Assembly (NCBI RefSeq): GCF_004010195.1
Contig: NC_057718.1
Coordinates: forward strand, 31,343 to 92,703
DNA length: 61,361 nucleotides
Direction: 5' to 3'
Origin: Chiloscyllium plagiosum
Lineage: Eukaryota
The notes beneath the pieces were generated by a model. That model was not told the origin of the DNA and did not search any database. It was given only the letters and a program-made list of their open reading frames with translations. Numbering within the stretch: position 1 is the first letter of the stretch; each line of letters opens with the position of its first letter. A program made the translations under genes and the position numbers. Below are positions 59,758 through 61,361 of this stretch, piece after piece.

Positions 59758-61361
59758 TTAGAACATAGAACATAGAACATAGAACAATACAGCACAGAAC
59801 AGGCCCTTCGGCCCACGATGTTGTGCCGAACTTCTAACCTAGATTAAGTACCCATCCATGTACCTATCCAAATGCCGCTTAAAGGTCGCCAATGATTCCG
59901 ACTCTACCACTCCCACGGGCAGCGCATTCCATGCCCCCACCACTCTCTGGGTAAAGAACCCACCCCTGACATCTCCCCTATACCTTCCACCCTTCACCTT
60001 AAATTTATGTCCCCTTGTAACACTCTGTTGTACCCGGGGAAAAAGTTTCTGACTGTCTACTCTATCTATTCCTCTGATCATCTTATAAACCTCTATCAAG
60101 TCACCCCTCATCCTTCGCCGTTCCAACGAGAAAAGGCCGAGAACTCTCAACCTATCCTCGTACGACTTATTCTCCATTCCAGGCAACATCCTGGTAAATC
60201 TTCTCTGCACCCTCTCCAAAGCTTCCACATCTTTCCTAAAGTGAGGCGACCAGAACTGCACACAGTACTCCAACTGTGGCCTAACCAAAGTCCTGTACAG
60301 CTGCAACATCACTTCACAAATCTTGAATTCAATCCCTCTGCTAATGAACGATAATACTCCATAGGCCTTCTTACAAACTCTATCCACCTGAGTGGCAACC
60401 TTCAAAGATCTATGTACATAGACCCCAAGATCCCTCTGTTCCACCACCTGACTAAGAACCCTACCATTAACCCTGTATTCCGCATACTTATTTGTTCTTC
60501 CAAAATGGACAACCTCACACGTGGCAGGGTTGAACTCCATCTGCCACTCCTCAGCCCAGCTCTGCATCATATCTAAGTCCCTCTGCAGCCAACAACAGCC
60601 CTCCTCACTGTCCACAACTCCACCTATCTTCATATCATCTGCAAATTTACTGACCCACCCTTCGACTCCCTCATCTAAGTCATTAATAAAAATTACAAAC
60701 AGCAGAGGACCCAGAACTGATCCCTGCGGAACTCCACTTGTAACTGGGCTCCAGGCTGAATATTTACCATCTACCACCACTCTCTGCCTACGACCGGTTA
60801 GCCAGTTTTCTATCCAATTGGCCAAATTTCCCTCTATCCCATGCCTCCTGACTTTCCGCATAAGCCTACCATGGGGAACCTTATCAAATGCCTGACGAAA
60901 ATCCATGTATACTGCTCTACCCTCATCCACATGCTTGGTCACCTCCTCGAAGAATTCAATAAGACTTGTAAGGCAAGACCTACCCCTCACAAATCCATGC
61001 TGGCTGTCCCTAATCAAGCAGTATCTTTCCAGATACTCATAAATCCTATCCCTCAGTACCCTTTCCATTACCTTGCCTACCACAGAAGTAAGACTAACAG
61101 GCCTGTAATTCCCGGGGTTATCCCTATTCCCTCGTTTGAACAGGGGCACAACATTCGCCACTCTACAGTCCCCTGGTACCACCCCCGTTGACAGTGAAGA
61201 CAAAAAGATCATTGCCAACGGTTCTGCAATTTCCTCTCTTGCTTCCCACATAATCCTAGGATATATCCCGTCAAGCCCGGGGGACTTGTCTATCCTCAAG
61301 TTGTTCAAAATGTCCAACACATCTTCCTTCCTAACAAGTATCTCCTCTAGCTTACCAATCC
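59758..61361 (-). mobile_element. Young CR1 LINE, RT half and 3'UTR, continuing off the right edge
   Basis: (TAGAACA)4 tail at 59759-59786 and an uninterrupted ORF2 segment. Confidence 0.95.
59839..61320 (-). CDS. CR1 ORF2 reverse transcriptase (partial, open reading frame of 493 codons or more)
   Basis: [46 protein letters not shown]; no stops; a small in-frame deletion is likely at GRAV^YMDF. Confidence 0.9.
   Translation of the reverse strand: MLDILNNLRIDKSPGLDGIYPRIMWEAREEIAEPLAMIFLSSLSTGVVPGDCRVANVVPLFKRGNRDNPGNYRPVSLTSVVGKVMERVLRDRIYEYLERYCLIRDSQHGFVRGRSCLTSLIEFFEEVTKHVDEGRAVYMDFRQAFDKVPHGRLMRKVRRHGIEGNLANWIENWLTGRRQRVVVDGKYSAWSPVTSGVPQGSVLGPLLFVIFINDLDEGVEGWVSKFADDMKIGGVVDSEEGCCWLQRDLDMMQSWAEEWQMEFNPATCEVVHFGRTNKYAEYRVNGRVLSQVVEQRDLGVYVHRSLKVATQVDRVCKKAYGVLSFISRGIEFKICEVMLQLYRTLVRPQLEYCVQFWSPHFRKDVEALERVQRRFTRMLPGMENKSYEDRLRVLGLFSLERRRMRGDLIEVYKMIRGIDRVDSQKLFPRVQQSVTRGHKFKVKGGRYRGDVRGGFFTQRVVGAWNALPVGVVESESLATFKRHLDRYMDGYLI

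Overview
Eukaryotic vertebrate DNA, very likely a shark (elasmobranch), inferred from HE1/V-SINEs and their partner CR1 (HER1-type) LINEs. Most of the window is nested, decayed transposable elements: many CR1 copies, HE1 SINEs, Penelope-like elements (PLEs), a Tx1/L1 fragment, a Gypsy integrase fragment, solo LTRs and a ~2.85 kb epsilon-like endogenous retrovirus pro-pol remnant. There is also a ~1.5 kb degenerate (CCCTAA)n array and three N gaps. The only intact host gene I can support is a two-exon GPR139-like orphan GPCR (exon 1 16833-16899, exon 2 18477-19378, about 322 aa). The most notable signal is a set of short (130-270 bp), non-coding, mostly fold-back PLE-derived elements with 9-16 bp target-site duplications. 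Each carries a minimal hammerhead ribozyme motif. At least four sequence families are present, one with the U3-A8 core variant, and several copies sit in the GPCR intron. All calls are from reading the sequence by eye; no searches or folding programs were run, and the edges of decayed repeats are approximate.
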